A DNA stretch of 62,886 nt, counting the filler, from Octopus bimaculoides (lineage: Eukaryota): NCBI RefSeq assembly GCF_001194135.2. It is 6 parts of 6 records of this genome, joined end to end, with 100 filler letters (N's around TTAATTAATTAA, not from the genome) between each part and the next. Parts side by side here need not be neighbours in the genome. Positions count along the whole stretch, not along the records: positions 1 to 18,187 come from NC_068984.1; positions 18,288 to 22,834 come from NC_068982.1; positions 22,935 to 30,220 come from NC_068991.1; 3 more parts are not named here. One strand, 5' to 3'. Made by a program: the position numbers and the translations under genes. Under the pieces are notes generated by a model that saw only the letters and a list, made by a program, of their open reading frames with translations, did not search any database and was not told the DNA's origin. Below are positions 11,670 to 23,399 of the stretch, one piece after another. Positions within the stretch are counted from its first letter, which is position 1. Every line of letters starts with the position of its first letter.

Positions 11670-13041
11670 AGGACAATCATCATATCATTGTGATATCTTC
11701 AAAGTCATTCTCTCAAAAGGGTAACTTAAATGCTCGCAAATTTATTCATACAGAAGGAAAATCATATCACTATGATATCTGTGGTATATCATTCTCTGGA
11801 AGCAGTGATTTAACTAAACATAAACATTCAGTCATATCATTGCGATATCTATGATAAATTATCCTCTCAAACAGGTTACTTTACTTAGCATTCATACAAA
11901 GGAGATACCATGTCACTGTGATATCTGTGGTAAATCATTTTGTAGAAGTAATGACTTGAAAATAAATACATTCATACAAGAGAGATGCTATATCACAGTG
12001 ATATCGTTGATGAATAATTTTTCTGGAAGTTGTGCCTTAACTAAACATTTATACAAGAGAAAAAAACAAATCACTCTGATAGCCTCACATAGTTGTGACT
12101 TAGTATATCAACGCAATCATGCAAGTTAGGTACTATATCATTGTGATATTTATGTTAAATTATTATTATTATTCCTTTTTTAAAAAACAAAAGTTATTTT
12201 ATAGAGCATTTATACACGAGAAAATACATATCACTGTGATACCTGTGATAAATCATTCTATGAAAAGTTTAGTTTTGTTAGAATAAACTTATTCATACAA
12301 AAGAGATACCATACTACTATGATATCAGTGGTAAATCATTCTCTGGTAGTTCAAACTTAACTAAAACAAACGTATTCATGCAAAAGAGAATCCAAATCAC
12401 CACACGATCGGCGGAAACGCATTCCCTAACCAAATGACTTTACCAAATACCCAAACGTATTCATTGAGCGATAAAAATCATATCATTATGATATCTGTGG
12501 TGAACCATTCTTTGAATCAAATGACTTAACTCTACACAAACGTATTCCTGCTAGAAATTTTATATTACTGAGATAAATTAGTGAGATATTTTAGAATGAT
12601 ACCATTCTCTCGGACATATAGCTTGATATTTCCCAAATACATTCATACAGGAGATAAAACACATTGTTGATATCTGTGGTCAATCATTCTCTAAAACAAG
12701 TGGTTTAACTCTGCAAAAATGTATTCATGAAGGCGAAATTCCTCGTCAGTGATATCGGTAGTAAATCTCACGTGTTTTCAAAAGTAGTCACCTAATGACA
12801 TTTGTTTATATTCGTACAGTAGAAAAAAACATGTAACAGGTAACTGTGATTATTTGTTCGTATAAAAACATCACTTAACTACCAATTTACGTATTCTTGC
12901 AGTGTAAAAGCCTTACAGATGATCTTTATGGTAAATCGTTCTCTCAAAAATATCAACTGCATATGTACGCATTTTTATAGAGAAGGGCTTTATAAGAGAA
13001 CTCTATGGCAATTCATTCTCTCAAAAAAGCTGTTTTACTGC
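11670..13041 (+). pseudogene. C2H2 zinc-finger array pseudogene (~15-17 degenerate ~84-bp units)
   Basis: Recurring catatcactgtgatatctgtggtaaatcattctct...cgtattcatacag (YHCDICGKSFS...RIHT); one nearly intact finger in ORF 11851-12129 (CHCDICGKSFCRSNDL); many indels and stops. Confidence 0.9.
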
Positions 13042-15882
13042 CAGTGGTGGATCTACTATAAAACTAATGAAGCTTAAGCTTCAAGGCCCCTAATCCCAGA
13101 AGGGCCCCCCTGAAGCCATTTAGTTTTTTTTTCATTCTGTCATTTTTATTTTTTGGTTTTTTACTTTGCCATGCAAATTGCTGTTACCAGTCTTAGTGGG
13201 CAACGTCCTCTCATCTCATACTCCTACACATAGTCTAGGCATGCAGTGTCTAGCCACGAATTGTTCCACCCGCTGTTTCTGCCGGTCGGGAGTAGTATAA
13301 AGAATAAAGTACAAATGGCGCGCAGATAATTCGATTTTCTTGAATTAGTTTGGAAACATTAGCCCTGCCTCTCTTACAATCTGTTCAGGAACAAAGCATT
13401 TTTTCTACTTCAAAAATTGTTTGAATATCACCTCATACAGAATAAATAATTCTTCATTTATGATTATATATTAAGTTGTGGACCCTTATCTTGATCGATC
13501 ACTGTCTTGCTGTGACTAATAAAAATATCACCCCAATTTTTTTCACAGAGGTCTAGGCCTCAAGAGGAATAGCAATGTCTTCAAGAAATACCAGAAACGC
13601 CAACTCAAGGAAAAGCAATCTAACGAAATTTCTAAATGTCAAAAACTGTCAAACTATTTTATAATGTCAAGTAAAAGTTTATCATCACCTGCAACTGAAA
13701 CAAATCGTGCAAGCACCAGTGAAGTCAGTGGTCAGTGATAGTCCACAAACCATAAGGACTCTGTTTAGCAGTAATCAAGCTACTATTGACACTTTTGGAG
13801 CAGATAATGACCATAGTGGTCGAGAATTTCATGAAAAGAGGGAGCAGAAAAAGGAAGCAAGTTTAGTGATTTTAAAGAATACAATGCCCAGGCAAACTGG
13901 CCCGTAACAATTAATAATGATTTCATACAAAACTGTTTAATGCAAAACATCAGATTTTTTCAAAATAAAAAAAGAACAGTTAATGTATATACTGAATCCA
14001 ACAAGATTTACAAACAGTAAAATCGAAGTTTCTCGAACAAGTACTTTGAAAAAAAATTGCAAAATTGTCAGACTGTGATGAGATCCTGGTTAGATTACTC
14101 AAAGAGCAAAGGCTGTAATACTGTTTTTTTTTTGCAAACTCTTTTCTAAATGCCAAATATCACTTACAACGAATGGGTTTTCTGATCGGATGAATATACT
14201 CAGAACTCTAGAAAATCATGAAGACAGCATGGAACATAACAAGGCGATGTTGAGCTGGCTAACACGAAAGTCAAATAAAAACACTGTAGATCAGTAACTT
14301 GAGGAACAGTTGAGAAAAACCATGCAGAACTATTTTGAAGTATTAAAAAGAGTTGTAGCAGTTATAAAGTGTTAAGTGGAAGAGGTTTAGCATTTAGAGG
14401 TCGTGTGGAAAAGTGGGGCTCCCTAAACAATGGAAATTTTATGGAGGTTATTGAGCTTGTTGCGGAGTTTGACTCATTTTTACATGAACATTTAGAGAAA
14501 TGTAAAAATGAAAAAATAGATATTACATACCTATTCAAATCTGTGTAAGAACAATTGATAGAAATCATGGGAAAACACGTGAAAGATGAAGTGGTGAATC
14601 AGATCAACAACCTAGACACCCAAATACTTCTCAATTATAGTTGACTCCACACCTGACGTGACACATGTTGACCAGCTGGTAATTGTGGTTCGATACTGTT
14701 ATAATGGAAAACCCTGTGAGAGATTTTTAACATTTTTGCCAATAGAAAAACATTCATCCACGACCTTGTTCAACAAAATAACACAATTCCTGGGAGTGCA
14801 TACGCTTTCACTTGAAAATATCCATGGTCAGTCGTACAATAAGGCTTCCAGCATGAAGGGCTCGGAGAAAGGGCTGCATTCTTAAAAACATTAACAGGTA
14901 TGCAGATTATGTACCATACAATGCATAGAAGTTCTTCAGCTTAATTTTGAGCAACCATTAATTGAAGTGTTCCCTAATATTCTTTTCTACACTGGACACA
15001 AGCCCTGAAATTTGGGGGGAGGAGGGACAGTCGATTAGACCCCAAAAGGATGAAAGGTAAAGTCGAACTCGGTGGAATTTGAACTCAGAATGTAAAGACA
15101 GACGAAATACCGCTAAGCATTTCGCCCAGCTTTCTAACGTTTCTGCCAGCTCGCCGCCTTATGTGTTCCCTAATATTACTACTGCAATTAAACTCTACTG
15201 GACAATGCCTATCACCAGCTGTGAAACAGAAAGGAATTTCTTAAAGCTTTCCTTTATAAAGAATTAATTTCTGTCTACCATGACTGAAGGGCACTTAAAC
15301 CCCTTGTGCATATCATCTCTCGAAAATGACATTCCAAGGAAGCTCTCACATGACAAAATTGTAAGGAAATACGTTGCTACAAAGAATAGAAAAAAAAAAA
15401 GTATTTTGTAATTTTCCTATGTATCTTAAATATAAGATTAATATTAGATTATATTAACTGTGGTATTTATTATGTTTTATATCTTTATTCTATGATGCAT
15501 CATGCATGTAGATAATGCTTCCCTAATTTTCAGCCCCCATAACTCTGAAAGTATAAGGCATAGCCTGGAAAATATTTGTTCACACCAGTGACTTTGACAA
15601 ACACGATCTGAAATGTAGTGCTTAAATTTGTAAAGAAAATTGTGGTGATCTGCCATGGAACAACCACATTGACAAAGACATCGGTCATTGCCCACACCTT
15701 GTTTCTGGTGGAAAGAGGGCTCACTGTCAGACTCATCTTTAAGGACTCCGCATCACCACTCCACCATTTGGGCACGAACATTCTTCGAATCTTGTTGGAT
15801 GTTATCCTACTGTTGCTGGTTGTAAAGGGGACCCCCATAACATTTTAAGCTTCAGGGCCCGAATATTGTAGATTTGCCACTG
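13042..15882 (+). mobile_element. hAT DNA transposon (ZMYM1/DUF4371-type transposase), internally deleted and decayed
   Basis: TIRs CAGTGGtggATCTAC / GTAGATttgCCACTG; 8-bp TSD tttactgc (13034-41) / tttactgt (15883-90). Transposase remnants LAFRG..NNGNFM, DSTPDVTHVDQLVIVVRY, ERFLTF, GQSY, and hATC dimerisation FPNITTAIKLYWTMPITSCETERNF. Confidence 0.93.
14982..15162 (-). mobile_element. tRNA-derived SINE (family A) inserted in the hAT transposase
   Basis: 15-bp TSD gtgttccctaatatt at 14967-14981 and 15163-15177; head ggcggcgagctggcag..tgagttcaaattcc. Confidence 0.9.
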
Positions 15883-15886
15883 TTTA

Positions 15887-15952
<66 letters not shown>

Positions 15953-16401
15953 ATTCAAACAGAATCATAACCTTTGCAATGTGAAGCGTCAATGTGTAAT
16001 GCAAATATTAGACATAATCGTGAATGAATTCATACAGGAAATAAGATATAACAGTATGATAACAATCTACAATCACAATTTAATATAACCAAAGTTATAT
16101 TTACATTTGTAAGAAAACTTACCACTATGGAATGCAAGAAAGAAAAGAAATAATTCTAAAACAATCCCAAACCCCTATTTTTCAGATTATTCGTATATCC
16201 TTGATCTAACGTATTTCCAAAGAGAACGAGAGACATCATTGATTTATTTGAGATTGTGGGTAAATATCTGATAAATATAATCTCATAATTCTGTGATAAC
16301 ATCACTGTACAGTTATTATGATTAGAATAAATACACAAACCATAAAAAATATTTCGTCATGACATAGTAGAATATATATATACGATATCTTGTGTGCATA
16401 T

Positions 16402-16505
<104 letters not shown>

Positions 16506-16645
16506 ATGTGTGTATATGTGGGGATGCAGTCTCTGGAGCGACAATGCCTCTGAGCGAAACAACATATATTATGTTGGACTTGCAGTTATGGATTAAATAT
16601 TATACATACATATATAAATATAGGTGTATGTAAGTGTAGCGTAGT

Positions 16646-16680
<35 letters not shown>

Positions 16681-16919
16681 TGTATATGTGTATGTGTATG
16701 TGCATGTATTACGTGTACACGCTTATTCTTTGGTGCATCTTTTGTATAAGTTTGAAATTTATTGTATGCATTCTGTCAAGAGAATGATTCTGCTTTTGGC
16801 AAAGTTTATATAATTTTATTCATTCCTTTAATTTTTAGGTTAAACAAATGATATATTGCCATGTCTTCAACTCTTAAATAGTTGATGGCACTTCTCTTCA
16901 GCTTGTCTTCGTTTTGTCT

Positions 16920-17470
16920 TTGAACTACTTTCTTGGTATTCTTAACTGCAAGTTGTTCACACTGCATCTGACCAAAGAGACCTTACATTGGAGATACAAA
17001 TCAGACATGTATCCCACGTGCCCAGTGTCTATTATATTGGGAATTCAGTGCTGCTGGCGTTGATCTGAATGAGTTATTTCTGTATACATAATTTCATCAC
17101 ACTAAGTGATTGAAGAAATATTCAAGGGACAAACGGTGGTTAAAGACCTTCGTGCAATATGCTTTATATCTTGTGTTCATGAATTAGAGCGGATATATAT
17201 TACCCTACACACATTAATGTTAATATCTGTAATTCTGCTATCGCCCTCACTTCACAGTTTTGATAGTAAACATTGTTCAGCATACGTCCATGCTCTCTAC
17301 TTCTGCTGTTAATTCACGATGTTAGATTAAACTTAAAACAACATCACAATTCTTTTCACTTCTTTTAAATTTTTGATGAAGGACAAGTTTCTGAAACGTA
17401 CAACTCTGCATTGTTTTATCTTTTCAGAGTAAAATTAACTACTTTGTACTCCTTGCACACTTGCTCATCG
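16920..17470 (+). mobile_element. Decayed Penelope-like 3' end: GIY-YIG remnant plus pLTR with hammerhead-like core
   Basis: LVFLTASCSHCI*PKRPYIGDTNQT (CxxC..YIGxT); tgatgaaggacaagtttctgaaacgtac at ~17374-17401. Confidence 0.55.
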
Positions 17471-17759
17471 TTATCTTTTTTTTTTAATTCAGAATGCAAA
17501 GAATTCCAGTGATTTGGCAGAGTCGTTGGTTGGAGACTCAGATAGAATATTTAAAGTCTTTGTTCCTACACTGTGCTCTAATTTCAAATGTTGCTGAGAT
17601 GAAGTTTGCCTTTCATACCATCAGCAATCAATAAAAAATCTACCCACCCATCACCTTGAATTGGTAGAACTGTAGAAATGCTGACTTGGGTATCTCGTAG
17701 CATTTGTTCTGGTTCTTTGATTTCTGATTCCAAATCACTGAGTTAAAAAAAAAAGCAAG

Positions 17760-18140
17760 AAGGGAAAGAAATGATGAACAAATGAACAAGGAGTACAAGG
17801 TCATTTATTTTATGCTGGAAAGATAAATTAGAAGAATGTTGTACGTTTCGAACTTTTGTCCTTCACCTGAAACGTTAAAGAAGAGAAAAGAGATGCAGCA
17901 TTGTTTAAGTTAATCAAAAATCGTGAATTCACAATAGAAGTAGAGAGCACGATGTATGCACAATGATGTTTACAATCAAAACAGTGAAGTAAGAAGGATA
18001 ATAAAAATTACAATTATTAATATTTGTATGTAAGGGGCAATATATGTATGTACGCTATATCCATGTGGGTAGATATGTGCGTTCTGGACAGTAGAGGAAA
18101 ATAAATAGATCAGTGCACAATGTGAACAAGATGAAATGTG
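17760..18140 (-). mobile_element. Inverted second copy of the same Penelope-like 3' end
   Basis: Reverse complement aligns with 17190-17470 (cttcac.gttttgat.gtaaacat..gctctctacttct..aattcacgat..gaaggacaa..gaaacgtacaac..tgtactccttg). Confidence 0.65.
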
Positions 18141-18141
18141 C

Positions 18142-18187
<46 letters not shown>

Positions 18188-18231
18188 NNNNNNNNNNNNN
18201 NNNNNNNNNNNNNNNNNNNNNNNNNNNNNNN

Positions 18232-18243
18232 TTAATTAATTAA
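18232..18243. other. Synthetic six-frame-stop gap linker TTAATTAATTAA (also 22879, 30265, 39767, 50630)
   Basis: Palindromic 12-mer centred in 44N+12+44N = 100-bp gaps. Confidence 0.95.
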
Positions 18244-18299
18244 NNNNNNNNNNNNNNNNNNNNNNNNNNNNNNNNNNNNNNNNNNNNTATAGTGAGAGA

Positions 18300-18300
18300 A

Positions 18301-18376
<76 letters not shown>
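18300..18376. repeat. (ATAG)n tetranucleotide repeat (others 19024-19079, 22527-22676, 34857-34889, 54733-54770)
   Basis: Direct reading. Confidence 0.98.
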
Positions 18377-18377
<1 letters not shown>

Positions 18378-18589
18378 CCGATCGATGATAGTTTGATAAG
18401 ATATATGAGGGTATGAATGCATGTACATATAGGTATGTATACGTATGTATATTATTAATATATTTATGTGTATATAACTTCATTATTTTAGAAGTTGTAT
18501 ACCTCAATTCTTGCATTTTCTTATTTTTTTATTTTTTATTTATTTATTTATTTATTTATTTTGCTATATTTGCAAGCAAGTGTACTTTT

Positions 18590-18800
18590 ATTTTATATTT
18601 GTTTCAGTCCTTAAACTGTGGCCATGCTGGGGCACCACCTTGAAGAATTTTTGCCGAACGATTTTACTGAGATTTTTCTAACTGGCTACTTCGCTTCTTG
18701 TAAAACCCTGGTACTTTATTGTATCTTTTTCGCTGTACAACTTAGTTACGGGTACATATACACGCCAACGGTGGCAGGGGACAAGCACAGACAGGAAGAT

Positions 18801-18837
<37 letters not shown>

Positions 18838-19023
18838 ATACATATACATGACAGGATTCTATCAGTTTCCCCTGACCAGATTCACTCACAAGTTTTGGTT
18901 GGCCGAGATACTTCTCCAAGTTTCCATACGGTGGGACTGAACCCAGCTCCATGTCGTTCTTACTATATAGTCACGCCTGCGCCTATATATATTTATCTAT
19001 TTATTCATTCACTCTATTTTATG

Positions 19024-19080
<57 letters not shown>

Positions 19081-19500
19081 GTTTATACATATAGGAGTGG
19101 CTGTGTGGTAAGTAGCTTGCTTACCAACCACATAGTTCCGGGTTCAGTCCCGGAACCTTGGGCAAGTGTCTCCTATAGCCTCGGGCCGGCCAAAGCCTTG
19201 TGAGTAGATTTGGTAGACGGAAACTGAAAGAAGCCCATCGTATTTATACATATATATATGTGTGTGTATATTTGTGTGTGTGAGTCTGCCTGTCTGTATG
19301 TCTGTGTTTGTCCTCCACCATCACTTGACAACCGATGATGGTGTGTTTATGTCCCCGTAACTTAGTGGTTCGGCAAAAGAGATCGATAGAATAAGTACTC
19401 GGCTTACAAATAATAAATCCTGGGGTCGACACGTTCGATTAAAGGCGGTGCTCCAGCATGGCCACAGTCAAATGACTGAAAGAAGTAAATGAATAAAGGA
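18590..19500. mobile_element. Two SINE B copies in opposite orientation (18590-18985 minus; 19092-19500 plus)
   Basis: Family B head, core and tail motifs. Confidence 0.85.
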
Positions 19501-19536
19501 ATAAAAGAATATATATGTGTGTGTGTGTGTGTGTTT

Positions 19537-19626
<90 letters not shown>

Positions 19627-20049
19627 ATACAGAAATTTTAACAGTGATTTCCAAGTTCCGGCTTTTCACTGTCGCTAGTCTAACGACAGCTTCTCATCCA
19701 GAACTTTGAAAATATGATGACTTTTCCCCGTAAAAATATCATACGTACATTGTAAGAAGTGCTGAAGGATCCTTCACTTGCACACCCACATTCCCCCACA
19801 CAGACAGACAGACAGACACACACACACATTCGATTCTTTTAACCTGTTTCAATTTCTGTGGGAAAATAGTAAAATACCTTTTTGAAATATCGATACATAG
19901 TTGCGTGGAATTTGTAACTTCAAGTGAAGGGCATTTATATTTATCAGTCTTAGTTCCTCTTTTACATCTAAGTATACCTTTGCATTGTATATCGACCCTT
20001 TACATCAATTCAACAACTGATTATTTGTTTCTAACATAAAATTTTAGCA

Positions 20050-21515
20050 GAGCGGCGAGCTGGCAGAATCGTTAGCACGTCGGGCGAAATGCTTAGCAGT
20101 ATTTCGTCTGACGTTATGCTCTGAGTTCAAATTCCGCCGGGGTCCACTTTGCCTTTCATCCTGTCGGGGTCGATTAAATAAGTACCAGCTATTAGTACTT
20201 ACAATAAGTACTGGGGTCGATGCAATCGACTTAATCCCTTTGTCAGTTTTTGTTTGTCCCCTCTATGTTTGGCCCCCTGTGGGCAATAAATAAATAAATA
20301 TAAAACATTGGCCTATTATTACTAGAAAATTAACTGTAACATAATTGTTGGTGAGTGGATATTTTCTTTTTTCTTTAGAATATCGTTTAAGCTTTATATA
20401 TTTATTCATGATTTTGAATTCTATTTCAATTACTTTTCTATAATCACCATTATAAGAATAAGCGTGTTTGTGAGTCTGTATGTGTATAAGTACCTGTGCG
20501 CACACACATGTAGTCGTATAGTATATGGGTAAATGAGCGTTAAAGTTATTGTTGTGGACGTTGATCTTTAGTCAATACTTTCTTAAGGCACAGGCACATT
20601 GGGCAGATACCTGGGGACTTCACAGTTGTAGAAAGTCCTATTCTAATCTAAGCATGCTGTGCCTTTCTGTCAACCAGTAAATACTAAAAGCTCCAATATT
20701 TTGACTTGCCCAGGTGTCTATACTGTTACAAAAATAGCCGTGCCTTTAACGCATCGCCATCTTTGCAGCAAATTGCGGGAAGATGGCGTATGTGGAGGTA
20801 ACAAACAACAATAAGATGTAACATACGCCATAGAAACCGGGAAACCGGGCCCATGAGTCTGGCTAGGCTTTAAAAGGGCGCAAAACAAAAATGTTTCTCA
20901 TTACCGCTCAACAAAAGTTGTCTTTGTCCAATTTTTTCATGACACTTTCAAATCTATCGAGCGGTATATTTCTAAAATAGAACATGACACTTGCTCCCTG
21001 TCCCATTCCACAATATCTGGCCTATTGTACTTACAACAGGCTAATGTCTATTGGATTATTCTACCAATATTTATCGTATCTTAAGGCGGCGAGCTGGTAG
21101 AAACGTTAGCACGTCGGGCGAAATGCTTAGCGGTATTTCGTCTGCCATTACGTTCTGAGTTCAAATTCCGCCGAGGTCCACTTTGCCTTTCATCCTTTCG
21201 GGGTCGATAAATTAAGTACCAGTTACGCCCTGGGGTCGATGTAATCGACTTAATCCCTTTGTCTGTCCTTGTTTGTCCTGTCTATGTTTAGCCCCTTGTG
21301 GGCAATAAAGAAACAAGAAACGTTAGCACGCCGGGTGAAATGCTTAGTGGTATTTCGTCTGTCTTTACGTTCTGAGTTCAAATTCTACCGAGGTCGACTT
21401 TGCCTTTCATCCTTCCGGAGTCGTTAGATTAAGTACCAGTTGCATTCTGGGATCGATCTAATCGACTGGCCTCCTCCACAGAAATTTCGGGCCTTGTGCC
21501 TAGAGTAGAAAAGAA
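20050..21515 (+). mobile_element. SINE A copies (20050-20300, 21083-21315, 21316-21515)
   Basis: ggcggcgagctgg.agaa.cgttagcacg..gagttcaaattccgccg.ggtc.actttgcctttcatcc..cggggtcga. Confidence 0.9.
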
Positions 21516-21812
21516 TATTTGTCGTATCCTTGAAGGATCATTACGCCGACATTAACCACACAGAGACACACTCATTCAATTTCACTTCTTTATCATTAGT
21601 CAATTGTTTAATTACTCATCCAACTAATTTGCTTAATTAGTAGTTTGTCAAAGTCCTTTCGTTGTCATTCATGTCCTCGTCAATAAAACCCTCTCAACTC
21701 CAGGTCAGCTTCAAAGCTGTTTCGTCTAGTTAATATATATGTACGTAGTTGTATGATCATAATTAAGCAAGTAATCATATAGTTTGTTGGTTAGATTACT
21801 TAATTGAAAAGG

Positions 21813-22150
21813 TGAAGGCATATGGCTCAGTGGCTAGAACGTCGGGCTCACAATCATGAGATAGTGAGTTCGATTCCCAGACCGGGCTGTGTGTTGTGTT
21901 CTTGAGCAAGACACTTTACATTTCACGTTGCTCCACTTCACTCTGCTGAGGAAATGAGGTGCGGCGTCACTGGTGCCAAGCTGTATCGGCCTTTGCCTTT
22001 CCCTTGGATAGCATCGATGGCGTAGAGAGGGGAGGCTGGTATGTATGGGCGACTGCTGGTCTTCTATAAACAACCTTGCCTGGACTTGTGCCTCGGAGAT
22101 GAACTTTGTAGGTGTAATCCCATAGTCTTTCCTGACCGAAGGGGTCTTTA
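21813..22150 (+). mobile_element. tRNA-derived SINE family C (V-domain-like ttcttgagcaagacact)
   Basis: A/B boxes tggctcagtgg and gagttcgattccc; homologues at 29770-30090 (minus) and 41580-41895 (plus). Confidence 0.85.
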
Positions 22151-22553
22151 TACTTTTATAATTGAAAAGATAATAAAGAAGAGAAAATGAAACAGAGCAT
22201 GTGTTTATTATGATCATAATGACCCTCCCAAATCATAAATTTTTTTTCAACATGCAAGTTCTTACTAAGAATCCTGCAAACCAAACCAAATAATGAAATC
22301 TGCCAATATTCTTTAATATTAAAGGTATGAATACATTCAAATCCTTATGAGTGTTTGCCTGTTTGTATGTGTATGTATGCTTGTGCGTATTTCTGTGTAT
22401 GTATGCGGATGCTTGATTGTATGCGTGAATGTACGTACGTTTATGTGTATGTATGCTTAAGTGTATGTGTGTGCGTATATTATGTTTGTGTCTTAATGTA
22501 TATTAACGCATTTGTCTGTGAGTCCATCCATCCATCCATCCATCCATCCATCC

Positions 22554-22588
<35 letters not shown>

Positions 22589-22641
22589 CATCTATCTATA
22601 TATCTATCTATCTATCTATCCATCTATCTATCTATCTATCC

Positions 22642-22672
<31 letters not shown>

Positions 22673-22676
22673 CATC

Positions 22677-22834
22677 TGGCGGAGGCGCAACAGGGCAACA
22701 AAGCCACCATTCGGTCTCTGGTGGACGAACAGGGGCGCGAACTGCTCGAGCCAAGCAAAATGTGTGAGGCCTTTCAGCGGCACTTTGCTCGACTGTTTGG
22801 GACGAATGGCGAGCGAGAACGCAGGGTGGACTTC
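22677..22834 (+). mobile_element. Tx1/L1-clade LINE ORF2 fragment (APE-RT linker)
   Basis: ATIRSLVDEQGRELLEPSKMCEAFQRHFARLF, GC-rich; abuts (TATC)n on the 5' side and a gap on the 3' side. Confidence 0.7.
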
Positions 22835-22934
22835 NNNNNNNNNNNNNNNNNNNNNNNNNNNNNNNNNNNNNNNNNNNNTTAATTAATTAANNNNNNNNNN
22901 NNNNNNNNNNNNNNNNNNNNNNNNNNNNNNNNNN

Positions 22935-23295
22935 GACACGACAGAGCTGGGACCTATATACACTGGAGGCTATGCCAACGCTATGGAATAACAACAGAAA
23001 AAAGATGGTATAAACACACGCCAGAAAAGGTCACAGAAAACGAGAAAGCAACCATACTCTGGGATATGCCAATAGACACAGATAGAGAAATTAAGTCAAA
23101 TAGACCAGATATAGTTGTCAAAGATCATGAAGAAAAAAAATGCTTTCTAATTGATGTATCAATACCAGCAGATGACAACGTTTCCCTAAAAGAAATGGAA
23201 AAACTTTCAAAATACAAAGACCTGGAAATAGAGGTAACTCGAATGTGGAATCTAAAAACAGAAACAATTCCTATCATAGTAAGTACCTTAGGTAT
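22935..23295 (+). mobile_element. Dong/R4-clade LINE restriction-like endonuclease fragment
   Basis: HDRAGTYIHWRLC..ILWDMPIDTDREIKSNRPDIVVKD..FLIDVSIP..KLSKYKDLEIEVTRMW. Confidence 0.9.
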
Positions 23296-23399
23296 ATATA
23301 TGCTCTCTCACTCAATAATAATAATAATCCATGAACCCACACTCATAGATAAGTGAATGTTTAAGCATATTCAGTATAGCAGGCAACATACGAGAATTA

